A stretch of 64,000 bases of DNA, taken from the NCBI RefSeq assembly GCF_006345805.1, contig NC_043000.1:124186001-124250000 (forward strand), read 5' to 3'. A program made the translations under genes and the position numbers. This document shows positions 48,235 through 60,848 of this stretch, in pieces (the first letter of the stretch is position 1; each line of letters opens with the position of its first letter). The DNA is from Octopus sinensis. Its lineage: Eukaryota. The notes beneath the pieces are model-generated. The model had not been told where the DNA came from. It did not search any database and was given only the letters and a program-made list of their open reading frames with translations.

Positions 48235-48449
48235 TCATCATCATCATCGTTTAACGTCCGTTTTCCATGCTAGCATGGGTTGGACGGTTCAACTGGGGGC
48301 TGGGAAGCCAGGAGGCTGCATCAGGCTCCAGTCTGAAACACTGCCAGATCAGATTGGAGCCCGGTGCAGCCTCCTGGCTTCCCAGACCCCAGTTGAACCG
48401 TCCAACCCATGCTAGCATGGAAAACGGATATTAAATGATGATGATGATG
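48235..48449. repeat. Palindrome of two head-to-head RTE 3' ends
   Basis: Arms 48235-48336 and 48349-48449 are reverse complements with about 7 mismatches and a 12-nt spacer; (CAT)n/(GAT)n tails point outward. Confidence 0.95.
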
Positions 48450-48855
48450 TCATTTTTTAACCTTGTTGTGTTATTTTTCATTTAAGTGTTGACCACATTT
48501 CTAATCGTTATTGACATTCATCTACAATGGCAACAAACACTGAACATTTTAGATATGAGTAGAGAGAAAATATTTAACACCTGAATATTCACCATGGTTG
48601 AAGCTCAAAGCTTTTCTGTTAATAACAGCTAAACAATCCTTCAACTACCATGCTTTTGTGTAAATAATTTAAAACACAAACATAGTCTTTGAGATGTGGA
48701 TTTTTGATTAAGTAAGAATTACAATGACTAATAATTTTCACTGAAATATAAAAAATATTTAATTAATATTTCTTTAAAAAAGAGTAACAATTATAATTTT
48801 ACTGGGAAACTAACCAATATTGAATATTATAGTACTGGAATGAAATAAAACTCAC

Positions 48856-48972
48856 ATATTTCCGTGGTTGTTTTTCTCCACGAGGCTCCAAATCCAAAGA
48901 CTTGTTATATAAATAGTCATTGAAGTCCTTTTCACTTAGGTCACCAAGTGGATTAAGGTTTACAAAGAACTC
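48856..48972 (-). CDS. SOS: SOS exon (end of Cdc25 domain)
   Basis: [39 protein letters not shown]; AG/GT, phase 0-0. Confidence 0.95.
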
Positions 48973-50749
48973 CTGACAAAGAAAAGGATGGAAACTATTA
49001 ACATAAATGATGTACTCAAACTTGTTTAATGATGAAGTTTAACTCTAGAACACCAAAAAATTACAGTTATCATTAATGTTGCATGCCAAAAACTTAAGTT
49101 ACAAAAAGAAGTTGTTGATGATGTTAACAAACAGTTTTACAAGTCTAAATTAAACACCAGCATTTTCCACACTGATACAAATTGCAATTAATAAAAATGA
49201 AATACTATAACCAGGTATCTTCTTTAACTATGTTCATTAATAAGAAAATCTATAATTAATGAATGTAAACAAATTAAATAAGTCATACCAAATATAAAAA
49301 CTATGTAAAAAATTCAGTATCTATCAATAATCTACTAACTCTGTAAACTGTTATAATGAAATCTCTTAGCTTATTACTGTGCAAGTGTGTGTGGCTGATG
49401 TGAGCCAAATAGCTCAAAATGGGCCAGTCCTGTGATCCTGTTAGCTGGTAGGGGTTCGCTCCCCCTGCTAGTGATACACTGTATATAAAGGGTGCAGAGC
49501 TTGCACTGAAAACCAGCTGGCAGAGAATCCACCTGGGATTAAACTAGTAGTAACATTCATCTGCCACTTTGATGTAGCTACTCGCTTTAATGAAATCTAA
49601 AGTGTTAGTGCTTGAAGGGTTAATACAGTACAACCATAAGTATACAGAGACTGGAAGGAACATTACACAACCATACATCAATATAATGATTTATTCTTAA
49701 AAGGTCAACACAGTTCTCTTGTTTAATAGTAAATCCCAGTGGATTAAAATCTTAATGTTACTTTTGCATAAACTCAGAGAATGCATACCTTGAATACATT
49801 TTTACCTGTTATAAACCTAAAGGTTTATATTAAAATATAGTCATTTTAAAGATTGGAGAAATAAATTCATATAAAAAAATCCAGATCAAATAGATTACAA
49901 ATGAGGAAATAAATGAAATTCCTAATAGATTCTTGTGATAAGAGTAAACTGCAATCTATCCATTGATTTATGCTATTTTTTGTGCCCCCCCCCCCCTCAC
50001 CCGTAGCCAAAGTGCTCAATTCTTAATTCTGCAAGTGGTTTATTCAGTGTTGTACTGCTGCTGTTGGTCACACTATTGTCTACAAAAGCTGAAAGCAATT
50101 TCTTACCACCACCACCACCAATTAGGAGACCACTACAACATATATATATAAAAGACAAATATGAGCAAAATAAGATATGCCTTGATGTAGCCTCATAACA
50201 TTGTCTAGAGTATCTACATGCTGTTTCAAAGACAAAAAACTTTCCCAGACTTTATAAATGCCAGACACCATGATTTCTCTTGACCTCTCCTACTGATTAC
50301 AAATTTATCAAGTAGCCAAAACTTACTTCATCACAAAAACCTTAGTCTATATTCAAACCGACAAAGTTTCTCAACTCTGGATAGTTACTGACCTTATACA
50401 ATGCATATATGTGTCTTAACCCTAAACCCGCACAAGAGTATAGCTCAAATATCTCAGAGAGATGAGTTGCTACACTCACAAATTCGTCTTAGACCATGAC
50501 CAAACAAAAGGACAGCTAACAGGCTGACCACTAAACTACAACCTTCCAGCTCAGTGACACATTATATTTTCCTTCTGGGTCTTCTACCATTACCACAATT
50601 CTTTTACTGTTAACAAAAATACTCTTGTAAACTAAAAATATGTATACTACCCTCACTGAAGCACACCTAATTTACCCACTTACTGTATTTCTCCTCACTC
50701 CTCTCATCACTGAATACTTTACCCAAACCTTGCAAAATCTGCAACCTTC

Positions 50750-51080
50750 ATCATCATCATCGTTGTTTAACGTCCACTTTCCCTGCTAGCATGAGTTGGA
50801 TGATTTGACTGAGGGCTGGCAAACCAGATGTCTGCACCAGGCTCCAATCTTGATCTGGCAGAGTTTCTACAGCTGGATGCCTTTCCTAACGCCAACCACT
50901 CCGAGAGTGTAGTGGGTGCTTTTACGTGACACCGGCATGGGGGGCCAGTCAGGCGGTACTGGCAATGACCTTGCTCGAATGTTTTTACACGTGCCAGTAA
51001 GGCAACGATGGTAACAATCACGCTCGAATGATGCCTTTTACATGTCACTGGCATGGAAGCCAGTTAGCCACTCTGGCAAC
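50750..51080 (-). mobile_element. RTE 3'UTR fragment
   Basis: (CAT)n-led end matching 11810-12134; a further diverged copy at ~51270-51445. Confidence 0.85.
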
Positions 51081-51620
51081 GATATGATTGAAAATAATCA
51101 ACCCATCAACATTGCTGTTACTCAATGTGAAATAATACACATACAAAATATAATGTAAAGTTAATACGAACTAACACTTTGGTGAATATTATGTTACAAA
51201 ACTAATCAGCTGTTGTTTTTAGTTAAAGTTAAAAACCCCAATGAAAAATACAACCACTAATTAAAATACCAGCATTGTCATAATCAAATGATGGCATCAA
51301 GAGGATGGTTCAACAGGATCTGACAAGCCAGAGGGTTGCATTGAATTACAATGTCTCCCTTGGTAAGATTTCTACAGTTGGATGCCCTCCCCTAATGCCA
51401 ACCACTCGAGAGTGTACTGGGTGTTTTTTTCGTGGCACCAGCATGTATAATGTTTATTATGTGTATACACATCAGCATTTTAATCTGAGATGGTTTCAAG
51501 TGCATGTATTAATTTGGTCATTAATTAGTTAAGAATGACATTAAAATAGATAGTGTATCATCTCCAATACTATAATTCATTGTATCTATAATTGATAACA
51601 GAAATGTGTAATGATGAATA

Positions 51621-52119
51621 TCGTAAATCCTCTAGTATAGTCCGCCCTTGAGTATAATATGCAGGGGATTTTTAGGGGGCTGTACCTCTGAAAAACCTAA
51701 ACCTTGTGTATAATACACATCCCTTCTCTAACTTGAGTCAAGGAGGTTATTATTGTAAAGATGTATACGGTAACGTCCTTTATTAGTATTGTATATATAA
51801 CATAATGCAAATGTGTAGCTTTTTTGTGCATTTTGTTTACAGAAAATAAAGAAATAACAGTAATAACGTTTAATAAATGTTGCTTATTGCAAGTTATGGA
51901 TGATTCTTTTATGATTTCAATGCTTTCAGGCTTAGCTTAAGGTATTTTCGCATCCGATATCACAAAATGTATCTGAATAAACATTGCCGGACAGCAAATA
52001 GAGATTCGGACATTGCTTAGAAAATAATTTTCATTTTTAACCTCATATATAGTACGCACTAGGGATTTTGACCATTAAATTTTGGGAAAAAAGTGTGGAT
52101 TACACTCAAGTATTTACGG
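51621..52119. mobile_element. pogo/Tigger-type (Tc1-mariner) MITE
   Basis: TA TSD at 51619-51620 and 52120-52121; TIR TCGTAAATCCTCTAGTATAGTCCGC versus reverse complement of right end CCGTAAATACTTGAGTGTAATCCAC. Confidence 0.8.
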
Positions 52120-52130
52120 TAATTACTTAC

Positions 52131-52303
52131 CCTAATTGAAGATTCCACCTTGAAACAATAAGGTTGGTTCTGATACTGCTGAATTTCACCTGTAATTTCT
52201 GCCACTCTTCTCCTTTTACTGAAGTTTATGATACCCTCAGGTCGATTAGGAAGAAAATCAGGATTACCTTCCTCAGTTAATAAAATGTTCGTGAGATACA
52301 TCC
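52131..52303 (-). CDS. SOS: SOS exon (Cdc25 helical hairpin)
   Basis: (G)[17 protein letters not shown]...[33 protein letters not shown]; AG/GT. Confidence 0.97.
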
Positions 52304-52464
52304 CTGATAAGAAGAAAATAACAACAAAAAAATTCATAGCTTTTAATCATCAAGCAAGCATTAGTATTTTTCCAGTGTTGACATAAACTCAAGTGAATCA
52401 ACAAAATCTTGAAGCTGTCTTCCTTAATAGGGCTGATAATACAGCTGTTGTGTTCTTCATCATA

Positions 52465-52795
52465 ATCATCGTCATCATCATTTAACATCCGTTTTCCATG
52501 ATGGCATGGGTTGGCTGGTTTGACTGACATTTGGAGAGCCAGTAGCTGCACCAGGCTCAAATCTGATCTATCAATGTTTCTACAGCTTGATGCCCTTCCT
52601 AACGCCAACCATTCCAAGAGTGTAGTGAGTGCTTTATACATGCCACCGGCACAAGGACCAGTCAGGTGGGCCTGGCATCGATCGTGCTCAGATAGTGCTG
52701 GCCACATTCGGATGGTGCTTTTAACATGCCACAGGCATGGGAGCCAGTCAGGGGGTACTGGCATTGGCCACGTTCAGATGGTGCTTTTTAAGGTT
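52465..52795 (-). mobile_element. RTE 3'UTR fragment
   Basis: (CAT)n-led end plus tandem GTGC..CA units. Confidence 0.85.
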
Positions 52796-52987
52796 GCTTG
52801 GTTAGAACTAAATAACAACAAATCAAATGCCTATTTAAAGTGAAGTGCTGTAACCTTATGCTGGAAGTTTTAAAATCTGTTGCCAGCCTGTCATGTTTAA
52901 AAGCAGAATGATGATTTATTGAAAGAATGCTAGTCTACTCAATATGACATGTTTTCACAAAACAACAACGACAGGAGGAATACTCAC

Positions 52988-53105
52988 CAAGGAAAGGGAC
53001 ACATGGCGGATTTATTGATCGCAATTTTTCTATGTATTTTTTGAAGTGGTCAGAATTCAATTCTTTTGCCTCATCAAATGCTCGAATCATTTTACTAGGA
53101 ATTTC
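52988..53105 (-). CDS. SOS: SOS exon (Cdc25)
   Basis: [39 protein letters not shown](G); not in the ORF track; AG/GT phase 0-1. Confidence 0.97.
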
Positions 53106-53523
53106 CTGAAAAATGGACGATTTAAAATTTCAAGATAAAGTTAAATTGATCTTAAATAAAATTGATAAAATTAATGATTTATTATCAGCAAGAGAACATT
53201 TTGGAAAAGTCAAAATATATTCATGTTATCAACTGAAAAAAATGCTTTGTACAATGAGTTTTTGCTCCATTTGTCTCCTTTAAGACCCTTTGATGTACCC
53301 AACCTATTGCCATTACTATCTACTAAATAATAAGCAAGTCTTTAAAACAACATTAATTAGAAATCTCTGAATGTGATTAATCACAATTACTAACAATTCT
53401 AAAGAAATATCAACCATTCTAATTTTATTCAATTTGTTTTTACTTTCTATGCCCCTGAAGCCCACCCATTTTACAGATCCAATTCCTCATTAGAAGAAAA
53501 ATTAGCAGATAAATCAAACTTAC

Positions 53524-53706
53524 CTCAAAAGTGTGCTCCAACCTGAATACTGGAGCTGAATTGAGAGCACTTACTATTTCTAGTACACCATTAAAATTAT
53601 TCAGGTCTTGAAATACTAACAGGATTTCGATAATGCGAGAAACAACGGCAACTCGCTCTTCAAAATTCTCTGCTTCAATAATACATTTTTCTAACCAGAA
53701 GGTGAA
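53524..53706 (-). CDS. SOS: SOS exon (Cdc25)
   Basis: [61 protein letters not shown]; AG/GT phase 0-0. Confidence 0.97.
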
Positions 53707-55574
53707 CTGAAATAGAATTTAATGAACAGTTATTTTATCGTGTTTAACTTAATATGTATGTACAGGTGCATCTAGGCTTATTAAAGACATATGTATTATG
53801 TCTATAAAAGCACAGCTGCTTCAATGACTGAATACTCAGCTGATTTCTAAACTCAATTGTATTTTGTCATTCAACCAAGTAAGAGTAATACATGCAACCA
53901 ATGGGTCTATCATAAACCATTTCTCTATCCAACCTCCATATATTATCCATGTTCTATGCCCTGGCATCTCACAACTCATTAAAATTATATTCTTTACTAA
54001 TTCTAGCAATTATATTTTTATCACAATCATTATCAAATGGTAGTAAAGACTGTCTACTACGGCTGAAAAAAAAACCATTTGAGCAATCTTTGGATGTCAC
54101 TTCATCAGTGCTTCAGCCTCTAACCATATACACTCAGTACCATTTAAAGTATTGATTTTCTATTAATTGGTTGAAGATCCCATTCCATCTTTTATGTATT
54201 TATTGCCTGCAATGAGCATCACATTCATAAAGTTGCTCACAGAGCTTCAGTCATCTCTATAAACATTATTTAATTATAATGAAAACGTACTACATTCAAA
54301 GCTAAACATTTTCATATATTTTAGATGAGAGCACTGCGATAAGGCAAACATATATGAAACCCTTCAACAACCAAACAACTTAGAAGCTAATTTACACAGT
54401 GGTTAAATTAAACATTTATCAATTTACTTCTGTGGAATTTATTTATTTAGTTCTGTGTCTGATAGTACTGAGTTGAACTCCTACCAGGATTTAATTTCTT
54501 TTCATCATTAGACTTCAATTAACAAATATCAGAAATTTATATTAAACAGGAAACTATTTAAAAAGCTCAAATTCTCTTTTCATTATGACATGAAAAAAAA
54601 AAGAAGATATTTCAATATAATTTAAGTTTATTCCATTTTTTAAAGTAATGAGTATCTTAATATTTTCCCAAAAATCCATTTGAGGGGTTGACTTTATCCC
54701 ATAAACATTCCCCGATTAAATAACATTTGTCCTCACAGTAACTGATTAATAACTGCTTTGAATCTAAGCAGTATATGGGCAGAGCCATTAGAATAGTGGT
54801 TAGAATGTCTTACAATATTTCACCTGGTTCAAATCTTACCAAGTTTAAACTTTGCCTTTCACCCTTTTGGGGCTTGGTAAATACATAAAATAGCAGTCAA
54901 AGAATAATGGGTTGGTAGGATCATTAAATTGTTAGATGAGAAAGCAGTCTGGCAACAACAGCTGTGACAACACTGGTGCCAAGCTGTATCAGCCCTTACA
55001 TTTTCATGGATAATACCAGGGGCATGGACAGGGGAGCCATGCATGCAAAGGCAATTACTGGTCTTCCATAGAAAAACCTTGCCCGGGCCTGCAATTTGGA
55101 TAGGAACTTTTCAGGTGCAGATCCATAGCCTTACAAGGCATACAAAATACTTGGAAACTTTTGATGGAGATTCTTAATAATGAGATCTGGCCGAGCATAA
55201 ACCAGTTTCAACAGGAATGTTTTAAAATTAAAGACTACAAGGATTATGTGTGTGCGCGTACATACACACACACATACACAAACGTTTGTATAAATATGAA
55301 AGCATGTAATTCATGCAAGTCAGCTTCAATACATTAGGTTAAAATATATATTCAATTATTCAAACTATATTACCAATTACAAAATAACAGGTGTAATTTG
55401 ACTTCAGTATCATAAATTAATAAAAGGTAAATATCATTTTAAATTAATTTTTTTGAAATTTAAGAATTCCTATTTCAGAATCAACTAATAGATCAGAGGA
55501 AAATATTTCACTTTGGTTAAAAAGTTTCCTTTTTGGGAAATCTTTTGCAAAATCTTATTAAATAAATGAATTAC

Positions 55575-55730
55575 CATAGTCGAGTGGTGAATCATCTTTA
55601 GTAAGTTTGGTGAAGTTTTGTTTTTATCCTTCTTGATCCATACACTGCCAACCAACTCAGATGGTTGCACTGCTCGGTATAAATCAAATTCTAATAGTGT
55701 TACCTGACGGGCAATTTCTATTGGATGTAA
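55575..55730 (-). CDS. SOS: SOS exon (start of Cdc25)
   Basis: [52 protein letters not shown]; AG/GT phase 0-0. Confidence 0.97.
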
Positions 55731-56472
55731 CTGAAAAATAAAGTTAAAAATAGTCTCAGCACAGTTAGAAAAAATATTTTCAAAAAATGAAATTACATTA
55801 CTTGCGTTTTATTTATTTCAGTTGCAAACAAGAAAAGCAATGCCTATGACCTTAGCAAATCTTCAGTTTGGAGAGATCCATATAGTTCATCTTCAGTTTG
55901 AAGTTACTTATAAAATAAGGTATTTTCAAATTATTAAAGAAATTGTTATTGATCATCATAGTAAAATACTAAGTTAACTCGAAACTATTCACTATTTACT
56001 TACTGATTTCAACACATCTAAATAACCACCTGGAAGTTGTTGAAAAAACATTCCTTAGCCTTTTTTTGGTTGAATTAATCAAGCATCATCTGATAGCTTT
56101 GAGATTTTGGTGATATGATTGTTTATTTTTAGAATGCCAGTGAGAGGCTAGATCTAGCCAGTTTGAACATAAAACTGGTAGAATATTGGGGCCGGATTAG
56201 GCCAGCTTAAATGCTGAAGGGTTCAAAGTAAAAAGCAGATTCGACAGTATTTAACATCAAAGAGAAAAACCACGATTAATATCAATATCAGCTGTAAAAC
56301 CATTTTTGATGATGATGATGATGATGGTGGTATCTCTCCTGTTTTTACTTAGGAGTAATATTTCAATAAACAAGAGTAGGTGTCAGATGCACGAACAAAC
56401 AGCAAAGAGTAATATTTAGATTTGTCATACTTTGTGGTTTTGTCAAGAGGATATGAAGAGGTGAATACTTAC

Positions 56473-56574
56473 AGTCATGAGATCAAACTCTTCACTTGCA
56501 AATGCCAAATGCCACTCAAAAGGAGGGGGTACAGATTGTAATACTGTTCCTCTCTCAGTACTACTACTCTCAAC
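56473..56574 (-). CDS. SOS: SOS exon (REM-Cdc25 linker)
   Basis: VESSSTERGTVLQSVPPPFEWHLAFASEEFDLMT (PPxxEWH...FDLxT); AG/GT phase 0-0. Confidence 0.93.
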
Positions 56575-57159
56575 CTGGAAATACAGGAAAATCAAGGATC
56601 AAATTAATACATATTCGTTTTCAGTGGTTTGATACGACAAAGAAATGAACTGGATAAAGGGGGAGATAAGGGTGGCTGTTAGTAAGAGTTGAATTAGTAC
56701 TCGATGTTGACTAAATTATCAACAAGCATTAATAAATTATTTATTGATTCTGTTTGTCAACTTATTTCAGAGTAAGAAATATATTTAATGTAAAAATAAT
56801 TAGTGGCTCTGAGTTTTCTATAAGCTTAGGCTTACCAATTACTTTGTGAATGGAATTTGTTAGATGGAAACTCCTACTCTCTCTCTCTCTCTCTCTGTGT
56901 TAAAAATTATATTAACAGAATGAACCGTATGTAAATATATGAGTAATAAAAATAATATTTCCTAAAGCCAATGAGATGACACTGACCCGACTGGTAGTCT
57001 GATGGATTTGCTAAAGGCAAATATTTAAGCAACAGGTCTTCTGAATGAAAAGTAGTACAATTAGCTTGTTTCAAACTATAATTACTTGAAGTAAAGGCAA
57101 AATAAACTTATTTAATGCAAGCAGCAACAAAATGGAAATTAAAAATAAAAATGATATAC

Positions 57160-57316
57160 CTTTCTATAAATTACTTTTGTAATCGACCGAGCCATCTTCC
57201 TCATAGCTTTACCCTGAATCCTATCCAGAAAGCTGAAGAGTTTCTGAAGTAGACTTTTGTCTCTTTCAAAGTCGTAAAAGTGGCGTTCTACCCAATGTCG
57301 TAAAACATTTAAAACT
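57160..57316 (-). CDS. SOS: SOS exon (REM domain)
   Basis: (R)[52 protein letters not shown]; AG/GT phase 2-0. Confidence 0.97.
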
Positions 57317-57859
57317 CTGAAAAAGTAAAGAGTAGAGACAAATAGTTTTAATTAGAAGTTGTACAGGACTTGCTCAATCTGAAAATTATAACACCTTAGT
57401 GCCATAAAATGATCATGTGTAAAATAAATACAAAATGCAGTCTTGGGTTCAATTCCACATTGCAGCACCTTGGCAAGTGTCGTCTACTATAGCCCTGGAC
57501 CAACCAAAGCCTTGTGAGTGGAACAAGGGGATGGAAACTGAAAGAACCATATCGAGTATATATGTGTGTGTGTGTACCCTTGCTGTATATGATGGTTGTA
57601 TAAAAGCATTATAATACAAACAAGGTTGTTTGTTCCCAGTCTTCCACAAAATCATGAGAAAATATTACCTTGCTTGAGAATAGGTAGCGATAGGAAAGGA
57701 ATCTAGTGACAGAAAACTTGTCTCAACAATTGTCAGACCCATGCAAGCATAGAAAAATGGACAAAAAACGATGATGATGAGGACAATATACACAAACTAT
57801 TCCAAATATAAAAAGCAACAATAAATGGCTAGGTTAGCCATATAGTATTTAATTTGAAT

Positions 57860-58285
57860 GTCTCATCATCATTATTTACCATCTGCTTTCCCTGCTGGCA
57901 TAGGTTGGATGGTCTGACTCAGAACTGTCAAGCTAGGAGGCTGCACCAGGCTCCAATCTGATCTGGCAAGGTTTCTACAGTTGGATGCCCTTCTTAACAC
58001 TAACCACTCTGAAAGTGTAGTGGGTGTTTTTATGTGCCACCAGCACGGGAGTCAGTCAGGTGGAACTGACATCGGCCACACTCAAATGGTCCTTTTTACG
58101 TGCCAGTCAGGCGGCACTGGTATTGGCCATGCTCAAATGGTGTTTTTTTATATGCCAGTCAGGCAGTACTGGCATCAGTCATGCTCAAATGGTGCATTTT
58201 ACATGTCACTGGCACAGGTGCCAGTCAGGCGGCACTGGCATCGACCACACTTGAATCGTGCTTTTTATATGCCACCAGCATAGGT
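57860..58285 (-). mobile_element. RTE 3'UTR fragment with 4-5 internal tandem units
   Basis: Repeats of GCCAGTCAGGCGGCACTGGCATCGGCCAyrCTCAAATGGT. Confidence 0.85.
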
Positions 58286-58774
58286 CTCACATTTCTAAGT
58301 TTAAATACCAAGGTGTATGATAATGATGATAATCTATGTACAAAGAATTTAAGCTTATTAAATATTTCCCAATCATTTGTGCTAAATAAAAACAAAATAA
58401 AATTCGTTTAAAAAAATACTCCAAAAAATGAAAACAAGTTTTCTTATGGACAATATATAAGAGAATCAAATCTGCTCTGAGAGATATGCTTACACTGAAA
58501 ATATAACCATTTCAAATTTTGGCACAAGGCCAGCAATTCTATGAGGAGGGATTTCATCTATTACATCGACCCCATTGTACAGTTGATACTTACTCTAATG
58601 ATCTTGAAAGGATAAAAGGTGAAGTTGAACACAACATAATTTGAACTTAGAACTAAAGAGTTGAAAGAAATGCCGCCAAGCGTTTTATCAAAAGATTTGG
58701 CCAGCTCACAGCTTTGATGGTAATAGTTAAACAATTTCATATCTAAGAATTAGAAAAACAAAAACAATGCTTAC

Positions 58775-58903
58775 CGAAACTGCACAGGTTTGATATATTC
58801 TTTTCGAAGACGTTTGAGATCACGTAAAGAAAGGGAGGTGGGGTCACCAGAGGCGGGGTTGTCATCACTTTGTTGTTTCACTTCCGATTCAGGAATATCA
58901 AAT
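58775..58903 (-). CDS. SOS: SOS exon (REM domain)
   Basis: (R)FDIPE...RDLKRLRKEYIKPVQF(R); AG/GT phase 2-2. Confidence 0.96.
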
Positions 58904-59374
58904 CTAAAAATAAAAGGAATTTATTTTTTATACTTTTAATATCAAAAAGGATCATTAAAATATTGGCTAATTAACAATTCAACTATGATTAATTGAACTC
59001 TGAATTGTTTTTTCCTACATATAAGCTGCTGCTCTTAACATGAATGACATTCTTAAAAATGCAGTTCAGCACAGCTGTTCTCAGATGCTCATAAGAAAAT
59101 ATTCTGAATATACCAGTGTTGCAGAAAATGAGAAGGAACCATGACAAAAATATTAAGTGTGCATTTCTGTGCTGGTGTACACAAGGTGCAGGAGTGGCTG
59201 TGTGGTAAGAAGCTTGCTTACCAACCACATGGTTCCGGGTTCAATGCTACGGCATGGCACCTTGGGCAAGTGCCTTCTACTATAGCCTTGAGCCAAACAA
59301 AGCCTTGTGAGTGAATTCGTCCAGCATGCTAATGATTTTGCCAGCTTGCTGCCTTCTTAACAACAACAGCAGCA

Positions 59375-59926
59375 GCAAACAAACAAACTGACAAAAAGAT
59401 AGACATGAATAGTCCAGAAAGATTTCAGACAAAAAACATGCCTCCTCATTGATATGATTATCCCAATCAACATAAATGTATCTGTCAAGACCTACTAAAA
59501 ACTAAGCAAGTATAAAGATCTTGAAGTAGAAATTGACAAAATGTGGAACCTCAACATTAAAACAATACCTGTTGTCATAGGTGCCCTAGGAATGATAGCA
59601 AAAGGGGCTGATTTCTACCTAGCTCATCAGATACCAGGAAACCCAAAAAAAGGCAGAAATTCAACAGATAGTGCTCATGGGAACTGCTCATATCCTACGT
59701 AAAATACTGACTATGTAATCTCAAATCTTAAAACAAACTCATAATTTTCTTATGTTTTCTTAAACATTCTTTAGAGCAATACTATGTGCAAAATCAAATA
59801 TATGACACTCTAGGCATAACACCAGCTTGAACTTCTAACTTGTCTCTTGAGGTCTCTGGGTGAGACTTGAAGTCAACTTGTACAAATACAAAGCAAAAGT
59901 CAAACATATAATAATAATAATAATAA
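59375..59926 (+). mobile_element. R4/Dong-clade non-LTR retrotransposon 3' end (restriction-like endonuclease domain), decayed
   Basis: KTCLLIDMIIP..NVSVKTY*KLSKYKDLEVEIDKMWNL...IPVVIGALGMI, then frameshift, then QQIVLMGTAHILRKIL; the 3'UTR ends in (TAA)n. Confidence 0.85.
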
Positions 59927-60135
59927 ACTTAATTATTTTACTCTAAATTTCACTAAATTCGTGATAAATTTAAAATTCAACAGTGTGCATGTGTGTGTGC
60001 ATCTGTGGTGTTTATTTTTAATGAAATTAATGTAAATGGGGAATTGTTTTAGGATAAACTTAACTTTAGTACATAATACTTTTGGTTCATAACTTATCAA
60101 ACTGAATTTTTGAAAGAGAATTATCTTATTCTTAC

Positions 60136-60348
60136 CGTTCAATTAAAAGATCCAACAGCGTTTGTGGTGTACAGAAGGATCTATAGGTTGTGAGGAATGT
60201 TGGTACAAATTTGGGATCAGCATACATATGGTAGGTGAGTCGTTCAACAAGTTTAAGGAGAGTTCCCCCTTTAATTAATGGACTCTCTCCACTTGCTTCT
60301 TGGTTCTCTTCAAACACAATGTTGTCACTAGAGTCTTCTACAGCAAAC
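60136..60348 (-). CDS. SOS: SOS exon (start of REM)
   Basis: [14 protein letters not shown]...[46 protein letters not shown](R); AG/GT phase 2-2. Confidence 0.97.
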
Positions 60349-60499
60349 CTAAAATAAATAAAAGTTGAAAAAAAAATTAAAACAATGGAAAAATGAATAG
60401 AAAAGAGAAGTTTTATTTACTTTTATTGTTTTTACATAAAATTTTCCATGTCAAAATTGTTGGCAGGAATTTCTGCAAACTCAGATATTTGCATATTTT

Positions 60500-60848
60500 T
60501 TTTATCTTTCATTAGCTTCAGTCAATAGGCTGTGGCTATGCTGGAGCACTGTCATGAAGAACTTTGGTTGAATGAATTGATTTCAGTAGTTATAAACTTT
60601 TTTTTATAAAGCCTGGTATTTATTCTATTGGTCCATTTTGCTGAAGCACTAAGTTAAGAGGATGTAAACACATACACAAAGACACACGCAAACATGGGCT
60701 TCTTTCAGTTTCCACCTATCAAATCCATTTGCATGGCTTTGGTCAGCCTGAGGCTATAGTAGACATTTGCCCAAGGTGCCACACAGCGGGACTGAACATG
60801 GAACCATTGGATTAGAAAGCAAACTTCTTACCACACAGCCATGCCTGC
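60500..60848 (-). mobile_element. SINE family B
   Basis: Both arms present with a short internal CA tract; followed by a partial family D SINE (~60885-61095). Confidence 0.85.
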
